Shown in pieces: positions 58,994 through 64,000 of a stretch of 64,000 nucleotides of DNA (position 1 is its first letter; each line of letters starts with the position of its first letter). This DNA comes from Promethearchaeota archaeon. Its GTDB lineage: Archaea; Asgardarchaeota; Lokiarchaeia; Sigyniarchaeales; SOKP01. The notes beneath the pieces were generated by a model, which did no database searches, had not been told where the DNA came from, and saw only the letters and a program-made list of their open reading frames with translations. Made by a program: the position numbers and the translations under genes. Location of the stretch: NCBI GenBank assembly GCA_019058445.1, contig JAHPZA010000010.1, positions 64,001 through 128,000 of the forward strand, given 5' to 3'.

Positions 58994-60673
58994 ATGCCAA
59001 CATTAGAATTAAAAATTGAAAGATTAGAAAGATTAATTGGACGTAAGTTAGATATAAATGAATTAGAATATGATTTACAGTGGATTAGTTTAGATTTAGA
59101 GGATGTGAATGAAGAGGAACAAAAGATTAAAGTGGAATATAATCCAAATAGACCAGATTTTTCTAGCCCTGAAGGAATTGCAAGAGCACTTAAAGGATAT
59201 TATGAAGTCGAATTAGGATTACCATCATATACCATTATTCCCGGAGATGTTGAGATGAATGTGGATCCCAGTGTTAATAAAGTTAGACCATATATAGTTT
59301 GTGGGGTAATTCGGGATATTGATCTTGATGAGGATGAAGTTGCTACTTTAATGAATATCCAAGAACAACTACATTGGGCTGTTGGGAGGGATAGAAAAAA
59401 AGTAGCTATTGGTGTACATGATTTAGATAAGATAAGCCCACCATATAGATATCTTGCAGTAAAGCCAGACTCAATCAGTTTTGTTCCACTGCATGGTGAC
59501 GGTTACCCTATGAATTTAGAAGAAATACTTCTTTTACATGAAAAAGGAATTGAATATGCCCATATCCTAGAAGGTAAAGAAGTATACCCTCTTCTATTAG
59601 ATAGCAATGATGAGGTTATCTCTTTTCCGCCGATTATTAATGGAATTCTTACAACTGTTACTGATGATACAAAAAATCTATTTTTAGATTTAACAGGTAC
59701 AGATTACAAAGCAATTAATCTAGCATTAAATATTTTATCTACTATGCTGGCAGATACAGGGGCTAAAATTGAAAGTGTAAAGGTGAATTATCAAGGAGAT
59801 ATGGGGCAAATCATTACACCTAATCTAGATCCTATAAAATGGGAAGTAAATACTGATTATATTAATGATTATGTTGGATTAAATTTATCAGATTCAGAAA
59901 TGATAAAATGTTTTAGAAAAGTTAGAATGGATGCAAAAAAATCAAAAAAAAAAGGATATTTAGATATTTGGATCCCTGCTTTTCGAGGCGATATAATACA
60001 CCCTGTAGATTTTACGGAAGAATGTGCTATTGGATATGGATATTTCAATTTACCTTTAACAATTAGAGAAGGATGTATTGGACAATATCATCCAATCGAA
60101 TCTTTTGCAAACAAAATAAGAACTATTATGATTGGGGCAGGATATCTCGAGGTCTTAAATTTTATGCTGACAAATACAGTAAAAAATTATGACTATATGA
60201 GAAAAAAATTTAAAAAGTCTGAGATTTTACAAATCGCAAATCCAGTATCAAAAGAATTTGACACTGCAAGAACAGCTTTATTACCTAAATTAATGGAAAC
60301 TCTACTTTTTAATAGATCAGAAGAAAAACCGATAAGAATTTTCGAAGTTGGTGATGTTATTCAATTAAGACCTAAAGAAGAAACCGGAGCAATAAGAGAA
60401 TTACATCTGTCAGCTGTATCATATTATGAAAACTCCGATTTTACTGAAATTAGATCAACTTTAGATTTTATTATGAGTTCACTTGGTTATTTAGAGAAAT
60501 TTGAAATTAAACCTGGAAAAAACACAACTTATATAGATGGCCGTTATGGAGAGATTTATATGAACGGTAAAAAAATTGGCGAAATTGGTGAGATTCATCC
60601 TGAAGTTCTATTAAATTTCAAATTAGAATTTCCTGTAGCCGCTCTAGAATTAAATTTAGGTTCTTTGATTTAA
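58994..60673 (+). CDS. pheT: Phenylalanine--tRNA ligase beta subunit (archaeal type)
   Basis: NRPD, RKKVAIGVHD, SFPPIIN, RGDIIHPVD, IFEVG, GEIHPEVL. Confidence 0.96.
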   Translation: MPTLELKIERLERLIGRKLDINELEYDLQWISLDLEDVNEEEQKIKVEYNPNRPDFSSPEGIARALKGYYEVELGLPSYTIIPGDVEMNVDPSVNKVRPYIVCGVIRDIDLDEDEVATLMNIQEQLHWAVGRDRKKVAIGVHDLDKISPPYRYLAVKPDSISFVPLHGDGYPMNLEEILLLHEKGIEYAHILEGKEVYPLLLDSNDEVISFPPIINGILTTVTDDTKNLFLDLTGTDYKAINLALNILSTMLADTGAKIESVKVNYQGDMGQIITPNLDPIKWEVNTDYINDYVGLNLSDSEMIKCFRKVRMDAKKSKKKGYLDIWIPAFRGDIIHPVDFTEECAIGYGYFNLPLTIREGCIGQYHPIESFANKIRTIMIGAGYLEVLNFMLTNTVKNYDYMRKKFKKSEILQIANPVSKEFDTARTALLPKLMETLLFNRSEEKPIRIFEVGDVIQLRPKEETGAIRELHLSAVSYYENSDFTEIRSTLDFIMSSLGYLEKFEIKPGKNTTYIDGRYGEIYMNGKKIGEIGEIHPEVLLNFKLEFPVAALELNLGSLI

Positions 60674-60782
60674 AATAATATATTCTTAAATTTGTTTTAA
60701 TCTGCTCTCTTTTATCCTCTTTTAATCAATCTCATTAAATAACAAATCTTATTTAGTAATAAATTATTTTATAGAGAATAAT

Positions 60783-62024
60783 ATGTTTCTAAGAAAAATC
60801 TACAACCAGACATATTTAATTATCCCCATAATTTGTATTAACTTTTATGCCTTAATTTGTCTATTTTTTGTTTCAAACAAGTTTTATTACGATTTTGAAG
60901 TTTTTTATAATGCTGGCAGGCAAGTTTTCTTAGATCCAGCTCATCTTTATGATGTTATTGGTTTTTATTATATGCCCAATTTTGCGATTTTATTTGCTGT
61001 TTCTTTCTCTTTAATGCCATTTATTGTATCATATTACCTCTGGTTTTTTGTTAATTACATTTCAGCAATTTTTTTCATTATAGAATTTAATAAAGTTTTA
61101 AATTTGATGGATATTAAAAAAAAATCACATAGATTTCTGTTTCTGATAATAATTTCAAATGGAATGCTTGTGTATCATAATTTCTTTTTTAATCAATCAA
61201 AATATCTTGTGGGTTTAATACTTCTTGTTATAGTAAGAAGAGAACTTGTCTATAAAGAAACAAATGGGGAATTTACAAAGGATATTAAGTATTTTATGAT
61301 AAACTATGGCTTGTTTATTTTTATACTCGGTTTAGCCCCCTATTTTATTTTTCTCTTAATAATTTATTTTATTTATGATATCAGAAACAAAGAAGAACTT
61401 AAAAATAAAAATTTAATAGTAGTTTCAATCATTGTATTTATGTTTATATTTCAAAATTTTTTATTTATAATATATCCTTCATTAATTTTCGAATTCATTA
61501 ATGGGTTTTTCTTCCCAGTTGAACGAGAAACTTTAATGATTTTTTATTTACAAGAATTTATATCTGTTTCCAGTACAATAATTTTTTTGTTTACCATTAT
61601 AATAATCATTATCTTATCAGTAATCACTTTACTGTTGGTTTTAAATAAAAGTTTAGAGATCCATGAGAAGTTTAGTTATTTTTCTTTGGGGTACTTATTT
61701 TTTGGTATGTTTAGCACTTATGGCCATGGAGTGATTTTATTAGCCTTTATTCTTTTACTATTTACTCCACACATGGACCAAAAAGCAAAAGCTACTGAAT
61801 TTATTAAGAGCAATAAAATTTTTTTGATTGGATTAATTTCAATTGCTGGACTCTTTTTCGTGCCGTTCAGTTATACGGCCTATAGGCATTTTCCGCTGTT
61901 AAAAGTATATCCATTTTCTCTATTTTTCTTATTAAGATGGATATTTTTTCTTAGCATAATGACGATTTCTTTAATTGTTTTGAAATTGTCAGATAGGAGC
62001 AAAGAGTCTTTATTAAATGAATAG
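60783..62024 (+). CDS. Multi-pass membrane protein, GT87/GT-C-like glycosyltransferase
   Basis: DFEVFYNAG...LY...FYYMPNFAILF N-terminal signature, then many TM helices. Confidence 0.65.
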   Translation: MFLRKIYNQTYLIIPIICINFYALICLFFVSNKFYYDFEVFYNAGRQVFLDPAHLYDVIGFYYMPNFAILFAVSFSLMPFIVSYYLWFFVNYISAIFFIIEFNKVLNLMDIKKKSHRFLFLIIISNGMLVYHNFFFNQSKYLVGLILLVIVRRELVYKETNGEFTKDIKYFMINYGLFIFILGLAPYFIFLLIIYFIYDIRNKEELKNKNLIVVSIIVFMFIFQNFLFIIYPSLIFEFINGFFFPVERETLMIFYLQEFISVSSTIIFLFTIIIIIILSVITLLLVLNKSLEIHEKFSYFSLGYLFFGMFSTYGHGVILLAFILLLFTPHMDQKAKATEFIKSNKIFLIGLISIAGLFFVPFSYTAYRHFPLLKVYPFSLFFLLRWIFFLSIMTISLIVLKLSDRSKESLLNE

Positions 62025-62099
62025 TAGTTTTATTAAAGGAATTATTTAAAACCTATTACGATTTTCTAAAAAAAATTTTTATAATTTATTTAAATCATA

Positions 62100-62855
62100 T
62101 TAAAGCTTACGAATTATAACTGTACCTAATACATCAGGTATTTCTAGTATTTTTTCCGGTTTATCTCTCATAAATTCATTTACAGCTCTGAAGACTCCTG
62201 CTTTTGATTCTTGTGGATTATGATAATCATGAATAAAAATATAACCTCCTTTAGAAACTCGTGGATAAAAAAATTCCAATCCTTTAAGAGTTGATAAGTA
62301 TAAATCAGCATCTAGATAAATAAATGAAAAAATTTCTGATTCTAAACCTCTTGAAGTTTCAGGGAATATTCCTTTTCTTATTTTAATGTTATGTAAATTT
62401 CCTATATTTTTTTTGACAATATCCAATCGAGTGTCTTTAAATCTAGTTATATCTTTTTTATTTTCTAAATAATCAATAGGAAAACCTTCAAAAGTATCAA
62501 ATAGATACAGAATTCTTTCAGGAGCTAATTTATGTATGATTTTACTTGACTCACCTCTAAACACGCCTAATTCTGCGAAATGTCCTTTAATATTCTCATT
62601 TTTAATTGTTTGTATAGCTAAAGCAATAGTTGCATATCTAATTGGATCCCATGAGGAGGAGATTAATTGATTATGTAAGAAAAAATTGTACGGAGGATTG
62701 TTAATCAAGATTTTTTTTGCTATTTCTGCTTTAAAGCCATAATAGAGAAAATTAAGATATCGATTTTGTTTTATTAATTTACTTAGAAAACTTGTTTTTG
62801 AATTTTTAAATAAATAATTAATTCGTGAATTTATTACTTCAAAGATGTCTCTCAT
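62100..62855 (-). CDS. TylF/MycF (macrocin O-methyltransferase) family methyltransferase
   Basis: AELGVFRGES, LFDTFEGFP, KGIFPET, LDADLY, GGYIFIHDY. Confidence 0.88.
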   Translation of the reverse strand: MRDIFEVINSRINYLFKNSKTSFLSKLIKQNRYLNFLYYGFKAEIAKKILINNPPYNFFLHNQLISSSWDPIRYATIALAIQTIKNENIKGHFAELGVFRGESSKIIHKLAPERILYLFDTFEGFPIDYLENKKDITRFKDTRLDIVKKNIGNLHNIKIRKGIFPETSRGLESEIFSFIYLDADLYLSTLKGLEFFYPRVSKGGYIFIHDYHNPQESKAGVFRAVNEFMRDKPEKILEIPDVLGTVIIRKL

Positions 62856-62858
62856 TTT

Positions 62859-64000
62859 TTATATTATATCAATGTTGTTTGTAATTTCTTTTCTTTGGTT
62901 TTCTCTTTTATGCAATAGTATAATGCATATGACAATTATTAAATATAAAAAGATATATCTCAAAAACAATAGAGCTATTGGAATATAAATTATGATTGGA
63001 AATACTCTTATTATATAATGGATGGGAGGCATAAAATAAATAATCATAATAGAACAAAGAGGAATTAATATTAAATAGTTCTCTTTGATAAAAATGACTA
63101 TCTTTTTACTTTCTACTATTTCATAATCGAGAAATAATAATGCTATTAATGGAAGTAACCCAACAAAATAGCGATCTTGAGTAAATGTAAAAAAGAATAA
63201 TGATAATAATGCCCAGTAGGCAAATTTTTGCTCAATTGTTAAATTCCCTCGAGAATGGATTATTATTGTAATAATACTCATTAAGACCATCGAGAGTAGT
63301 AAGATATTAATATATAAAGCGGAGAGATCGAAATAAATGGACAGTACTAAAATCAAAATAGTTAAACCATCTACAGAATCCCTTGGACGATTTTCTTCAT
63401 GATAAGAATAAGTTAATCTTGATCGAGGTATTGAAAGTATACGCTCACCACGGTATGATCCACCAAGAAGATTAAGGATTGCTGTGGGATTTATTATGAA
63501 AATTATTATTATCATGAAATTTAAAATGAAAAATGAAGCAGTTATTAAAAGATATCTTTTAGCCTGAGCTTTGTTAAAAATTTCGTTAAACTTTACATTA
63601 TGAAAAAGATATAGAAGTACTAAGAAAAAATATTGAGGTGTCATCCCTATAGAAAATACTAAAATCAGCATTTGAGTAAAAATGAATGAAGTTTTATTTG
63701 TATCTTTATTTAATTTTCTATATTTTATTTCTCTTTTTAAGAACCACAATAAACCGAAAGCTGTAAATATTCTTCCAGTTAAATTATCGAACATTTGAAC
63801 GAAAGTTATTCCATTACTCAAAGTGAGTAAAATTAAAAACCTATGAAATCTATTAGATATATCCTTTAGAATGAGAATTTGATTAAATATAATAAGGCAG
63901 AGTTCTGTAAAAATAATTATTAAAAAGAAATAAAACCAATGAGCTTGCTCAAAAGTCAATAATCCCATTGGGGCTAGTACAGTAGCAAAAAAAGGAGTAT
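62859..64000 (-). CDS. Multi-pass membrane protein, GT87/GT-C-like, paralog of 60783..62024 (5' end beyond the window)
   Basis: The frame stays open upstream of Met 63968 (TPFFATVLAPMG, matching MPNFAILFA of the paralog). Shared HRFL...SNG and EQKFAY/HEKFSY motifs. Confidence 0.6.
   Translation of the reverse strand, partial: TPFFATVLAPMGLLTFEQAHWFYFFLIIIFTELCLIIFNQILILKDISNRFHRFLILLTLSNGITFVQMFDNLTGRIFTAFGLLWFLKREIKYRKLNKDTNKTSFIFTQMLILVFSIGMTPQYFFLVLLYLFHNVKFNEIFNKAQAKRYLLITASFFILNFMIIIIFIINPTAILNLLGGSYRGERILSIPRSRLTYSYHEENRPRDSVDGLTILILVLSIYFDLSALYINILLLSMVLMSIITIIIHSRGNLTIEQKFAYWALLSLFFFTFTQDRYFVGLLPLIALLFLDYEIVESKKIVIFIKENYLILIPLCSIMIIYFMPPIHYIIRVFPIIIYIPIALLFLRYIFLYLIIVICIILLHKRENQRKEITNNIDII

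Noticed and set aside
1-64000. tRNA (including tRNA-Sec), rRNA, CRISPR arrays and Sec machinery genes
   Set aside because: No GC-rich cloverleaf, rRNA-like tract, repeat-spacer array or selB/selD-type gene was seen by eye. The Sec machinery would have to be encoded elsewhere in the genome.

Overview
This is an AT-rich archaeal chromosomal segment, most likely Asgard archaea (Lokiarchaeia-like). The evidence is archaeal core genes (radA, tfb, tyrS, pheS/pheT, ADP-forming acyl-CoA synthetase, AOR) together with many eukaryotic-signature proteins: Rab-like GTPases, roadblock/longin domains, a JAMM protease, a Vps29-like protein and LRR/TPR/HEAT proteins. It holds about 53 CDS and one solitary TnpB. 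I saw no rRNA, tRNA or CRISPR array. The main result is a locus at 14.2-15.7 kb that the ORF track misses or truncates. It is a tandem trio of small HesB/IscA-like paralogs. The two outer copies carry an in-frame UGA at the position where the middle copy has Cys (UxxxxC motif). Each UGA copy, but not the Cys copy, is followed by a eukaryote-type SECIS hairpin (AUGA...AA...GA) with compensatory base changes, plus a second shared GC-rich mini-hairpin. I interpret this as an unannotated selenoprotein cluster. It is transcribed divergently from two SERCA-like P2A Ca2+ pumps. Other points of note are a TnpB with a rearranged RuvC-II glutamate and a candidate omega-RNA, a roughly 1670-aa receptor-like surface protein that appears to use a non-canonical start codon, a JAMM plus C2HC-finger cluster, a RadA with a Rad51-type Walker A and an N-terminal extension, and a structured intergenic region upstream of pheST. 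All family assignments come from motif recognition by eye. No database search was run.
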